A stretch of 32,000 nt of DNA, taken from contig NZ_CP059216.1 of assembly GCF_014252315.1 (NCBI RefSeq), positions 60,001-92,000 of the forward strand, read 5' to 3'. The position numbers were made by a program, and so were the translations under genes. The notes beneath the pieces were generated by a model. That model ran no database searches and was not told the DNA's origin. It saw nothing but the letters and a program-made list of their open reading frames with translations. The DNA is from Candidatus Saccharimonadota bacterium. Its GTDB lineage: Bacteria; Bacteroidota; Bacteroidia; Flavobacteriales; Blattabacteriaceae. This document shows positions 8,937 through 18,324 of this stretch, one piece after another; the stretch's first letter is position 1; the number at the start of each line of letters is the position of its first letter.

Positions 8937-10388
8937 ATGAATATTTCAAATAAAACATTATTAATATATAATTCTTTAACAGAAAAAAAAGAATTATTTC
9001 GTCCAGTTAACAATAATGGTTATATTGGAATTTATGTTTGTGGACCAACAGTATATAATCATTTACATTTAGGAAATTATCGTACTTTCATAATATTTGA
9101 TGTTATTTTTAGATATTTAATGCATTTAGGATATAAAGTTCGTTATGTTAGGAATATTACAGATGTAGGACATTTAGAAAATGAAGAAAATGATGAAGAC
9201 AAAATAGTAAAAAGATCTCTTATAGAAGGACTTGATCCTATGGAAATTGTACAAAAATATACAGTTTCTTTTCATAATACATTAAACATCTTAAATATAC
9301 TTCCTCCAAGTATAGAACCTACTGCCACAGGACATATCATAGAACAAATAGAATTAATAAAAACATTAATTTACAAAGAACTTGCATATGAAGCAAATGG
9401 ATCTGTTTACTTTAATTTAAATAATTATGTAAAAAAATATCGTTATGGTATAATAAGTAAAAATAAAATTGAAAATCTTATTTTTAATAAAAATTTTTCA
9501 TATAATGAAAAAAATTATTTGTATGATTTTTCTATTTGGAAAAAATCTAACAAAAAAAAAATTATGAGTTGGATTTCTCCATGGGGGAATGGAGTACCAG
9601 GATGGCATACTGAATGTGTTAGCATGAGTACTAAATATTTAGGTAATATATTTGATATTCATGGAGGAGGAATAGATTTAAAATTTCCACATCATGAATG
9701 TGAATTAGCACAATCAATTGGAATTAACAATACAGAAAAAACATTTGCTCGTTATTGGATTCATACTAATATGCTTACTATTAACGGGAAAAAAATGAGT
9801 AAATCTTTAAAAAATTTTCTTAGAATAGAGTACCTTATTAATAAAAAAATAATTTCTTCTCCTAATGTTTTTAAATTATTTATTTTACAATTTCATTATA
9901 GAAGTATTATAAATTTTTCTATTGAAAATTTGAAAAAAACGGAAAAAAGTTATATTAAAATAAAAAGATCCATAGAAATTTTAGAAAAATTTGTTCCTAA
10001 TAATACAAATAAAATAAATATAAAATTTGATGTACATAATTGGATAAATAAATGTTATGAATCTATTAATGATGATTTTAACACTCCTATGTTAATTTCT
10101 TATTTATTTAAAGCTTCTAATTTTATAATAAATTCAGAATTATTTAATAACATAACAATATTTCATTTTAATTTATTAAAAAAACATATGAATCATTTTA
10201 TTTTTGATATATTAGGATTTTCTAAAATAAATTGTAATATTAACAATGATAAAAAATTTAATTCTTTAGTAAATAATTTAATAAAATTCCGTAATAAAAT
10301 ACGAAAACAAAAAAATTGGATTATTTCCGATAAAATACGTGAAATTTTATTACAATTTGGAATTATAACAAATGATAAAAAATTATAA
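8937..10388 (+). CDS. cysS: Cysteine--tRNA ligase
   Basis: Class I signatures: YVCGPTVYNHLHLGN (HIGH-type) and KMSKS, plus WHTEC and HHECE Zn-site motifs. Confidence 0.9.
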   Translation: MNISNKTLLIYNSLTEKKELFRPVNNNGYIGIYVCGPTVYNHLHLGNYRTFIIFDVIFRYLMHLGYKVRYVRNITDVGHLENEENDEDKIVKRSLIEGLDPMEIVQKYTVSFHNTLNILNILPPSIEPTATGHIIEQIELIKTLIYKELAYEANGSVYFNLNNYVKKYRYGIISKNKIENLIFNKNFSYNEKNYLYDFSIWKKSNKKKIMSWISPWGNGVPGWHTECVSMSTKYLGNIFDIHGGGIDLKFPHHECELAQSIGINNTEKTFARYWIHTNMLTINGKKMSKSLKNFLRIEYLINKKIISSPNVFKLFILQFHYRSIINFSIENLKKTEKSYIKIKRSIEILEKFVPNNTNKINIKFDVHNWINKCYESINDDFNTPMLISYLFKASNFIINSELFNNITIFHFNLLKKHMNHFIFDILGFSKINCNINNDKKFNSLVNNLIKFRNKIRKQKNWIISDKIREILLQFGIITNDKKL

Positions 10389-10398
10389 AAATTAAATA

Positions 10399-11553
10399 TT
10401 ATAATAAAAATGAATTATTCAAATCATTTATCAAATCTTCCACATCTTCTATCCCAATAGACAAACGAATAAGAGAATCTTGTATCCCTGATTTTTTTCT
10501 AATTTTTGATGGAGTAGATTTATGAGTCATAGTTGCAGGATGACATATTAAACTTTTTGTACCTCCTAAACTTTCAGCTAATTTAAATAATTTAGTAGAT
10601 GTTACAACTTTTTTTGCCGATTCAATTGTATCATTTATAAGACTAAATGAAACAATACCTCCAAAATATCGTTGTTGTTTCAATGCTACTAAATGATTTT
10701 TATGTATAGATAATCCTGGATAATAAACTTTATCTACAACAGATGAATTTTTTTTATCATTTAAAAAAAATGCTATTTTATTAGCATTTTCAGATTGTTT
10801 TTTTACTCTTAAATATAAAGTTTGAATTCCTCTTATAGTAAGCCAACTATCAATTGGAGATAAAACACCTCCTGTTGCATTTTGAATATATTTTAATTCT
10901 TCGTATAATTCTTTTTCTTTTACTACAATTAATCCTGCTAATACATCTGAATGTCCAGCCAAATATTTTGTAGCACTATGAATTACTATATCTGCTCCCA
11001 AATTAATTGGATTTTGAATAACTGGAGAAGCAAAAGTATTATCCACTATTATTAATATATTTGGATTTAATTTATTAGATATTTTACATATTTCTTTTAT
11101 ATCAGATATTTTTAATGTAGGATTAGTTGGCGTTTCTATCCATATTAATTTAGTTTTATTAGAAATATGGTGTAATATATTTTTTGTATTAGTCATATCT
11201 ATATATTGAGTATTAATTCCCAATTTTTTATATAGATTTAATAATCTAAAAGTTCCTCCATATATATCATTAACAGCTAAAATCTCATCTTTATATTTCA
11301 ATAATTTTAAAATAGCATCAATAGATGCTAATCCAGAAGAAAAAGCTATACTATCATATCCATATTCTAATTTTGTAATGAATTTTTCCAGAGTTCTTCT
11401 TGTAGGATTATTAGTTCTTGTATAGTCAAATCCTTTGTTAATACCAGGAGCTTCTTGTACATATGTTGATGTTTGATATATAGGAGTAGATATTGCTCCT
11501 GTAAGAGGATCTGATAAAATGTTTTGAATAATTTTTGTTTCTTCCTTCATCAT
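10399..11553 (-). CDS. PLP-dependent Cys/Met metabolism enzyme (cystathionine beta-lyase / gamma-synthase family)
   Basis: Family hallmarks YTRTNNPT, the SATKYLAGHSD PLP-lysine motif and ESLGG. The exact reaction (MetC versus MetB/MetZ-like) cannot be told from sequence alone. Confidence 0.8.
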   Translation of the reverse strand: MMKEETKIIQNILSDPLTGAISTPIYQTSTYVQEAPGINKGFDYTRTNNPTRRTLEKFITKLEYGYDSIAFSSGLASIDAILKLLKYKDEILAVNDIYGGTFRLLNLYKKLGINTQYIDMTNTKNILHHISNKTKLIWIETPTNPTLKISDIKEICKISNKLNPNILIIVDNTFASPVIQNPINLGADIVIHSATKYLAGHSDVLAGLIVVKEKELYEELKYIQNATGGVLSPIDSWLTIRGIQTLYLRVKKQSENANKIAFFLNDKKNSSVVDKVYYPGLSIHKNHLVALKQQRYFGGIVSFSLINDTIESAKKVVTSTKLFKLAESLGGTKSLICHPATMTHKSTPSKIRKKSGIQDSLIRLSIGIEDVEDLINDLNNSFLL

Positions 11554-11586
11554 TTATACATTAAAAAACGTAATACAGTAATTATA

Positions 11587-11594
11587 CAAATGTA
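11587..11594 (-). promoter_or_regulatory. Candidate Bacteroidota -7 box (TACATTTG on the minus strand) for the trans-sulfuration gene
   Basis: The plus strand reads CAAATGTA, whose reverse complement is a perfect TAnnTTTG. It lies 33 nt upstream of the minus-strand ATG (11553-11551). Confidence 0.3.
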
Positions 11595-11664
11595 CTCTTT
11601 CAATTTAAAAAATGGAAATACATTTTTTATATAAAATGATTTTATTTGTTTTTAAAAAAAAACA

Positions 11665-11672
11665 TAAATTTG
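11665..11672 (+). promoter_or_regulatory. Candidate Bacteroidota -7 box (TAAATTTG) for the atpBEFHAG operon
   Basis: Perfect TAnnTTTG match 44 nt upstream of the atpB ATG. A TTTG lies 16 nt further upstream (11645-11648). Confidence 0.3.
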
Positions 11673-11715
11673 TTTTTCATTTATAAAATATTAATCTATT
11701 TTCTAAATATTAACA

Positions 11716-12792
11716 ATGATATCAAAATTTATTAGATTATTTTTCATTTTTTTTATTTCTTTTTTATTTTTATATGGTTTATATGGAAATAATAATAACA
11801 ATATTAATAAAAAAAATAAATTGGATGTATCGAATATAATATTTGATCATATAAGTGATTCACATGAATGGACATTTATAGAAAATAGTGATAAAAAAAT
11901 ATCTATTCCATTACCAATTATTATTTGGAACAATGGATTTGATATTTTTTTATCTTCTAAATTATATAATGGAAAACTGTTTAATGGTAAACATGGTTAT
12001 TATAAAATGTTTCATGAAATTATATATGAAACTGATAAATCAGGAAATTTAATATTTAAAAACAATAAACTAAATAATAGAAAACCAATAGATATATCTA
12101 TTACAAAAAATGTAATTTCTATTATAATAGCATTTTTAATCATAATTTATTCTTTCATTCGTATGAAAAAAGAATACGATAATATTGATTTAAGATCAAG
12201 TAAAAATGTTACAATAAAATGGAAAATAGGGATATTAATAGAATATATAATTATATTCATTAGAGAAGAAATTGCTATTTCTTATATAGGAAAAAAAATG
12301 TTTAATAAATACATAAATTTTTTACTATCATCGTTTTTTTTTATATTGGTTAACAATTTGATGGGAATTATTCCAATATTTCCAAATGTAACAGGAAATA
12401 TAAATGTTACATTTGTTTTATCCACTATAACATTTATTATGATGATGTTATATAGTAAAAAAAGTTACTGGAAACATATTTTGTGGATGCCTAATGTTCC
12501 TATAGGTATTAAATTTATATTAGCTCCTATAGAATTTATTGGAGTTTTTATTCGTCCAATAACTTTAGGTATACGTTTATTTGCTAATATAATGGCTGGT
12601 CATATTATTATTTTAAGTTTTATTTGCCTTATTTTTATTTTTAAAAATATTTTTATTATTGGTTTTTCTTTATTTTTTGGATTTTTTATTTCATTACTAG
12701 AAATAATGGTTTCGTTTTTACAATCTTTTATATTTACAACGTTATCTGCTTTAATAATTGGAATGTCTATTAAAAATTATGAAAAAAATTAA
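11716..12792 (+). CDS. atpB: F0F1 ATP synthase subunit a
   Basis: Conserved LGIRLFANIMAGH (essential Arg), a polytopic C-terminal part, and a long Bacteroidota-type N-terminal extension. It is the first gene of the atp cluster. Confidence 0.85.
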   Translation: MISKFIRLFFIFFISFLFLYGLYGNNNNNINKKNKLDVSNIIFDHISDSHEWTFIENSDKKISIPLPIIIWNNGFDIFLSSKLYNGKLFNGKHGYYKMFHEIIYETDKSGNLIFKNNKLNNRKPIDISITKNVISIIIAFLIIIYSFIRMKKEYDNIDLRSSKNVTIKWKIGILIEYIIIFIREEIAISYIGKKMFNKYINFLLSSFFFILVNNLMGIIPIFPNVTGNINVTFVLSTITFIMMMLYSKKSYWKHILWMPNVPIGIKFILAPIEFIGVFIRPITLGIRLFANIMAGHIIILSFICLIFIFKNIFIIGFSLFFGFFISLLEIMVSFLQSFIFTTLSALIIGMSIKNYEKN

Positions 12793-12804
12793 AAAATAAA
12801 TATT

Positions 12805-13032
12805 ATGGATATAGATTTAACATATGCTGGATTAGCTGCATTAGGATCTGGAATAGCAGTAATAGGTGCTGGATTAGGAATTGGTAGAATCGGAAGTTCT
12901 GCTATGAAATCTATTGCTAGACAACCTGAAGCATCTGATAAAATACAAAACGCAATGATAATTGCAGCTGCACTTATTGAAGGAGCCGCCTTATTTGGAA
13001 TAGTAACTTCATTGTTAGCCGTATTTAAATAA
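12805..13032 (+). CDS. atpE: F0F1 ATP synthase subunit c
   Basis: 75 aa hairpin proteolipid with the ARQPE loop and the ion-binding Glu in AALIEGAALFG. Confidence 0.9.
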   Translation: MDIDLTYAGLAALGSGIAVIGAGLGIGRIGSSAMKSIARQPEASDKIQNAMIIAAALIEGAALFGIVTSLLAVFK

Positions 13033-13055
13033 AATATAATGTTTATGATGTAATT

Positions 13056-13541
13056 ATGGATTTAATCACTCCTTCTATTGGATTAATTTTTTGGAATACA
13101 ATAATATTTGTAATATTATTGTTGTTTCTTTCTAAATTTGCTTGGAATCCAATAATGAAATTTATTAATAAAAGAGAAAAAATAATTAATAAATCTTTTG
13201 AAAATGCAATTCAAATAAAAAATAAATTATATGAAATAGAAAATAAAAAAAGTATTATCATTAAAAAAGCTTATGAAAAAAGAAATGCTATTTTAATGGA
13301 AACTATTAAAATTAAAGAAAATATAAAAAATTCAGCTAAAAAAGAAGCTCTTATAGAAAGAAATAAAATATTAAATGAAACAAAAATAATTATAGATATA
13401 GAAAAAAAAAATGCTGTTAAATCATTAAAAAATAAAGTAAAATTAATTTCTATTGAAATAGCAGAAAAAATATTAAGAAAAAAATTAAATAATGATATTG
13501 ATCAAAAAGATTTCGTAAAAAATTTAATTGATAAATTATAA
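13056..13541 (+). CDS. atpF: F0F1 ATP synthase subunit b
   Basis: 161 aa with a single N-terminal TM helix followed by a long charged helical region. It occupies the canonical position between the c and delta subunit genes. Confidence 0.8.
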   Translation: MDLITPSIGLIFWNTIIFVILLLFLSKFAWNPIMKFINKREKIINKSFENAIQIKNKLYEIENKKSIIIKKAYEKRNAILMETIKIKENIKNSAKKEALIERNKILNETKIIIDIEKKNAVKSLKNKVKLISIEIAEKILRKKLNNDIDQKDFVKNLIDKL

Positions 13542-13547
13542 ATCAAT

Positions 13548-14105
13548 ATGATTTCCTATAAAACAATAATACAACATTATGCTACAATTCTTTTTGAATT
13601 AACTGAAGATATAATAAATAATAAAAATATTACTAATACTAATTATTTTATAATAATAATAAAAAATATAAAAAATTATTTATATAAAAATTCTTTGTTA
13701 AAAAAATTTTTGTATACATCATTAATAAGTAAACAAAAAAAAATAAATATCATAAATGAATTATTTAATTATTTTAAATGTGATATATTTATTTTTCAAT
13801 TTGTTAAATTATTAATATTAAAAAATAGGTTATTTCTTTTAGAAGAAATATTCTTAAAATATATAGATATATATAACGAAATTAAAAATAACACTATAAA
13901 GTGTATGATTATTTCTCCCATATTTATAGATAAAAAAATTCAAGAAAATATTGCAAAAAAAATACTTAATTTAAAAGGTAAAAAATATAATATAATTAAT
14001 AAAATAGATAAATCTATTATAGGAGGATTTTTATTTATTTATAATTATAAAGAATGGAATTATAGTATAAATAAACAACTTGATCGTATAAATACAGAGA
14101 TTTAA
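13548..14105 (+). CDS. atpH: F0F1 ATP synthase subunit delta (OSCP), highly diverged
   Basis: Position and size (185 aa) fit, and there is a C-terminal IIGGF...INKQL pattern. The rest of the protein is of low complexity. Confidence 0.65.
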   Translation: MISYKTIIQHYATILFELTEDIINNKNITNTNYFIIIIKNIKNYLYKNSLLKKFLYTSLISKQKKINIINELFNYFKCDIFIFQFVKLLILKNRLFLLEEIFLKYIDIYNEIKNNTIKCMIISPIFIDKKIQENIAKKILNLKGKKYNIINKIDKSIIGGFLFIYNYKEWNYSINKQLDRINTEI

Positions 14106-14133
14106 TTAATAATTATCATTATAACACAAACAC

Positions 14134-15717
14134 ATGTCAAATATAAAATATTCTGAAATTCATTCAATACTAAAAAAAAAATTATCTGATTTTCAGTTTG
14201 AATCAAAATTATCTGAATATGGAATTGTAGTTCAAGTTGGTGATGGAATTGTAAGATCTTTTGGATTAAATTCTGCATTTTTTGGAGAAATAGTAGAATT
14301 TGATAAAAAAAATAAAGGAATAATATTAAATCTTGAAGAAGATCATGTTGGTATTGTTTTATTAAATTCTTATAAAAATATAAAAGAAGGAGATTTTGTA
14401 AGAAGAACTAAAAAAAATTTTACTATAAAAGTAGGATATGGATTAATAGGTAGAGTAATAAATACTATTGGAAATCCTATAGATGGTAAGGGCCCTATAG
14501 AAGGAGAATTATTTGATATGCCTGTAGATAGAAAGGCTCCAGAGGTTATTTATAGAGAACCTGTTAAAGAGCCATTACAAACAGGTATAAAAATTATAGA
14601 TTCTATGATACCTATTGGAAAAGGACAAAGAGAATTAATTATTGGAGATAGACAAACAGGTAAAACTACAATAGCAATTGATACTATAATTAATCAAAAA
14701 AGATTTTACAAAAAAAACACAGTTTTTTGTATTTATGTTGCAATTGGTCAAAAAGGATCAACAATAGCAAAAATAAAAAAAATATTGGAGGATAAAGGTG
14801 CTATGTCTTATACTACTATAGTAGCTTCAAGTCCTTATGAATCAGCATCTATGCAAGTATATGCTCCTTTTTCAGGTACAGCTATTGGAGAATTTTTTCG
14901 TGATATTGGAAAATCATCTTTAATTGTATATGATGATTTGTCAAAACAAGCTGTTTCTTATAGAGAAATATCTTTATTATTAAGACGACCTCCTGGTCGT
15001 GAGGCTTATCCTGGAGATATATTTTATCTTCATTCTCGTTTATTGGAACGTTCATCTAAAATAATAAAAGATAAGAATATAGCTATTAAAATGAATAATA
15101 TTCCAAAATCAATTAAACATATAGTAGATGGAGGAGGTTCATTAACTGCATTACCTATAGTGGAAACTCAATCTGGTGATATATCTTCATATATTCCAAC
15201 TAATGTTATTTCTATTACAGATGGACAAATTTTTTTAGAAAAAGATTTATTTAATTCTGGAATAAGACCTGCAATTAATGAAAGTATTTCAGTGTCTCGT
15301 GTTGGTGGGGCGGCTCAAATACATTCCATGAGAAAAATATCTAGTACTATGAAATTAGATCAATCTCAATTTAGAGAATTGGAATCTTTTTCTAAATTTG
15401 GTTCAGAATTAGATTCCTTTACTTCAGAAATTTTAAGTAAAGGAAAAATTAATATAGAAATTTTGAAACAGGAAGCTCATAATACATATGATATATCTGA
15501 TCAAATTGCTATTATTTATATTGGAACAGAAGGAATATTGAAAAATGTTCCTATAGAGAATATTTCATTATTCGAAAGTGAATTTTTGTTGTATTTAAAT
15601 ACAAATTACAAAGAATTATTATATTCTTTAAAAAAAGGAATTTTTGATAAAAAAAAATCTGATATATTAAAAAATATTGCAATAAAAATAATAAATAATA
15701 GTAATAAATATAAATAA
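14134..15717 (+). CDS. atpA: F0F1 ATP synthase subunit alpha
   Basis: Walker A GDRQTGKT, plus [25 protein letters not shown] and ITDGQIFLE. Confidence 0.95.
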   Translation: MSNIKYSEIHSILKKKLSDFQFESKLSEYGIVVQVGDGIVRSFGLNSAFFGEIVEFDKKNKGIILNLEEDHVGIVLLNSYKNIKEGDFVRRTKKNFTIKVGYGLIGRVINTIGNPIDGKGPIEGELFDMPVDRKAPEVIYREPVKEPLQTGIKIIDSMIPIGKGQRELIIGDRQTGKTTIAIDTIINQKRFYKKNTVFCIYVAIGQKGSTIAKIKKILEDKGAMSYTTIVASSPYESASMQVYAPFSGTAIGEFFRDIGKSSLIVYDDLSKQAVSYREISLLLRRPPGREAYPGDIFYLHSRLLERSSKIIKDKNIAIKMNNIPKSIKHIVDGGGSLTALPIVETQSGDISSYIPTNVISITDGQIFLEKDLFNSGIRPAINESISVSRVGGAAQIHSMRKISSTMKLDQSQFRELESFSKFGSELDSFTSEILSKGKINIEILKQEAHNTYDISDQIAIIYIGTEGILKNVPIENISLFESEFLLYLNTNYKELLYSLKKGIFDKKKSDILKNIAIKIINNSNKYK

Positions 15718-15729
15718 ATAATTGTAATT

Positions 15730-16581
15730 ATGTCAAATATAAAAGAAATCAAAAGAAAAATATCTTCTATTAATTCGGTTATTAAAACTACAGAAGCTAT
15801 GAAAATGATTTCTATATCAAAATTAAATAAATATAAAAAAAATCTTTTTCATGTTACAAATTATTTAAATCATATACAATCTATTTTAATAGAAACAATG
15901 AATGTCGTTGATATAAATAATTTTTTTTTTTATAATACTAAAAAAAATAATAAAAAATTATTTATTTTTTTTACTTCTGATAAGGGCCTATGTGGATCTT
16001 TCAATATTTCTATTTTTAATAAAATTCATGATATAATAAAAAAAAAAAAAAATAATATGAAATTATTTTTTTTTTCAATAGGAAAAAAGGGAAATAATTA
16101 TATTATTAACAACAAATTAAATATATGGAATAACAATTTTTCATTCAAAAATGATTTAAAAAATTTTACTATTAAATTAACAAAAGATTTTTATAATAAA
16201 AAAATTACTTCAGTATATTTAATTTTTAATAGTTTTGAAAAAAATTATTATAAAAAAATTTTAGTAAAAAAATTGATTCCAATTACTCCAATTACTTATG
16301 TAAATAAGTCAATTAAATTGACCCCTATTTTAGAACCTTGTAAAAAAAATTTTTTAGAATATTTTATCCCTTTTTATATTGAAACAAAATTAAAAAAATC
16401 ATTTTTTGAATCTTTATCTAGTGAACATACATTACGTATGATTTTAATGCATAAAGCTACAGAAAATGCATATAATATGAAAAATAATCTGACATTAAAT
16501 TATAATAAAGAAAGACAAACTGTTATAACTAAGGAAATACTTGAAATTATAGGAGGATTAGAATCATTAAAAAATAGATAA
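15730..16581 (+). CDS. atpG: F0F1 ATP synthase subunit gamma
   Basis: N-terminus IKRKISSINSVIKTTEAMKMIS, GLCGSFN, and C-terminus RQTVITKEILEIIGG. No atpD or atpC follows, which is the usual Bacteroidota split arrangement. Confidence 0.85.
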   Translation: MSNIKEIKRKISSINSVIKTTEAMKMISISKLNKYKKNLFHVTNYLNHIQSILIETMNVVDINNFFFYNTKKNNKKLFIFFTSDKGLCGSFNISIFNKIHDIIKKKKNNMKLFFFSIGKKGNNYIINNKLNIWNNNFSFKNDLKNFTIKLTKDFYNKKITSVYLIFNSFEKNYYKKILVKKLIPITPITYVNKSIKLTPILEPCKKNFLEYFIPFYIETKLKKSFFESLSSEHTLRMILMHKATENAYNMKNNLTLNYNKERQTVITKEILEIIGGLESLKNR

Positions 16582-16582
16582 T

Positions 16583-17575
16583 ATGATAATGTTAACAGGA
16601 ATTAGAAGTACAGGAATTCCACATTTAGGAAATATTCTAGGAGTTATTATACCATCTATAAATATGTCTAATAAAAAAAAAAATTCTTCGTTCATATTTA
16701 TAGCAGATCTACATGCTTTAGTTGATGTAAAAAATATTAAAATTATAAAAGATAGTGTATATCAAATTGCATCTACATGGTTGGCGTTTGGATTAAATGT
16801 TGATAACTGTTTTTTTTATAGACAGTCTGATATTTCAGAAGTTACAGAATTAGCATGGTATTTTAGTTGTTTTTTTTCTTATAAAAGACTTACATTATCA
16901 CATTCATTTAAAGAAAAAATTAAAAATAATTTTATAAAAAAAATTAGTTTAGGATTATTTTCTTATCCTATTTTAATGGCTGCAGATATTTTACTTTATG
17001 ATGCAGAAATTATTCCAGTAGGAAAAGATCAAATACAACATATAGAAATTTCAAGAAAAATAGCAAAATTTTTTAATCATAAAATTAATAAAAATTTATT
17101 CACTATACCTAATGCATTTTTAAAAAAAACGACTATGTTAATTCCTGGATTAGATGGAAAAAAAATGAGTAAATCAAAAAATAATTTAATTAATATTTTC
17201 TCTACTAATGAAATTTTAAAAAAACAAATTTTAAGTATTAATACAGATAACAAATCATTAAAAGATAAAAAAAATCCATATAAAGATTATATAATTTCTC
17301 TATACAGACTATTAGCTCCTACAGATAAAGTAAAAGAAATGGAAAATAACTATATAAAAGGTGGATATGGGTATTTAGACGCTAAAATAAGTTTATATGA
17401 ATGTATTATACATAAATTTTCCAAAGAAAGAGAAAAATTTTTCTATTATATGGATAATAAAAAATTGTTAGACAATATTCTTTTTATAGGAGCTAAAAAA
17501 GCAAAAATAATAGCTAAAAAAAAATTAAATATTATTAGAAAATATTTAAATTTTAATACTTTATTTTACATTTAG
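16583..17575 (+). CDS. trpS: Tryptophan--tRNA ligase
   Basis: GIPHLGN (HIGH-type), GKDQIQHIE and KMSKS. It starts 1 nt after the atpG stop; an alternative ATG lies at 16589. Confidence 0.85.
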   Translation: MIMLTGIRSTGIPHLGNILGVIIPSINMSNKKKNSSFIFIADLHALVDVKNIKIIKDSVYQIASTWLAFGLNVDNCFFYRQSDISEVTELAWYFSCFFSYKRLTLSHSFKEKIKNNFIKKISLGLFSYPILMAADILLYDAEIIPVGKDQIQHIEISRKIAKFFNHKINKNLFTIPNAFLKKTTMLIPGLDGKKMSKSKNNLINIFSTNEILKKQILSINTDNKSLKDKKNPYKDYIISLYRLLAPTDKVKEMENNYIKGGYGYLDAKISLYECIIHKFSKEREKFFYYMDNKKLLDNILFIGAKKAKIIAKKKLNIIRKYLNFNTLFYI

Positions 17576-17592
17576 TATGACGTATTGTCATA
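17576..17592 (+). other. Short inverted repeat TATGAC-N5-GTCATA immediately after the trpS stop codon. Possible terminator or operator-like hairpin.
   Basis: Arms at 17576-17581 and 17587-17592 are perfectly complementary. No T-run follows. Confidence 0.2.
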
Positions 17593-17653
17593 AATATGTT
17601 TTATGGCAAAAATTTTGCTATTATTGGATCATTGTGAAAATATTTTATATGTT

Positions 17654-18268
17654 ATGAATAATATAGAAAAAAAAGATTTAAATAAAAATACACCTACAAA
17701 TTCTCATAATAATAAAGAAAAAGAATTTGAATTAAAAAATATACATAAAAAAAAATATAATAAAAAAAATGTTGAATTAAAATCAGATAAAAAAGAAGAA
17801 AAAAATGAAGAATATGAATTAAAAATAAAAATATTAAAAAATAAACTGGAAAAAGAAAAAGAAAAATTTTTACGTTTATTTGCAGAATTCGATAATTATA
17901 AAAAACGTATTAAAAAAGAAAAATTTGATATTTTTAGAATTATACATGAACAAATAATAATAGACTTAATTCCAGTTTTAGATGACTTTGAAAGAGGTAT
18001 AAAAAATTTGAAAAAATCTGAAGAAGAAAAAATATTAAAAGGAATATTATTAATACAAGAAAAATTTATTAAGATTTTAAAAGAAAAAGGATTAAACAAA
18101 ATAAAAATAAATAAAGGCGATGAATTTAATACAGATTTACATGAAGCAATTACACAAATACCAGCAACTACAGAGAAATTAAAAGGAAAAATAATAGAAA
18201 TTATAGAAAATGGATATATACTAAAAGAAAAAGTGATACGACATGCTAAAGTTATTACTGGAAAATAA
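17654..18268 (+). CDS. grpE: Nucleotide exchange factor GrpE. The start is ambiguous; the longest ORF begins at 17603.
   Basis: C-terminal core FLRLFAEFDNYKKR, PVLDDFERG, HEAI and VIRHAKV. I prefer the ATG at 17654 because the extra 17 aa (MAKILLLLDHCENILYV) is unlike GrpE N-termini and overlaps a palindrome. Confidence 0.8.
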   Translation: MNNIEKKDLNKNTPTNSHNNKEKEFELKNIHKKKYNKKNVELKSDKKEEKNEEYELKIKILKNKLEKEKEKFLRLFAEFDNYKKRIKKEKFDIFRIIHEQIIIDLIPVLDDFERGIKNLKKSEEEKILKGILLIQEKFIKILKEKGLNKIKINKGDEFNTDLHEAITQIPATTEKLKGKIIEIIENGYILKEKVIRHAKVITGK

Positions 18269-18324
18269 TTATATTAATTTATTTTATTTAATAAAAAAAA
18301 ATTTAAACAATATTTTTTTTCATT

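Noticed and set aside
11612-11686. 24-codon hydrophobic ORF upstream of atpB, considered as a possible miniature AtpI/AtpZ
   Set aside because: It is too short and too low in complexity to support as a gene, and it overlaps the candidate atp promoter. It is mentioned only as a possible relic in the spacer finding.
11716-16581. atp operon lacking atpD/atpC (beta and epsilon) and atpI, which could be read as operon decay
   Set aside because: An atpBEFHAG cluster with atpDC encoded elsewhere is the normal arrangement in Bacteroidota. The absence of those genes from this window is not evidence of loss.
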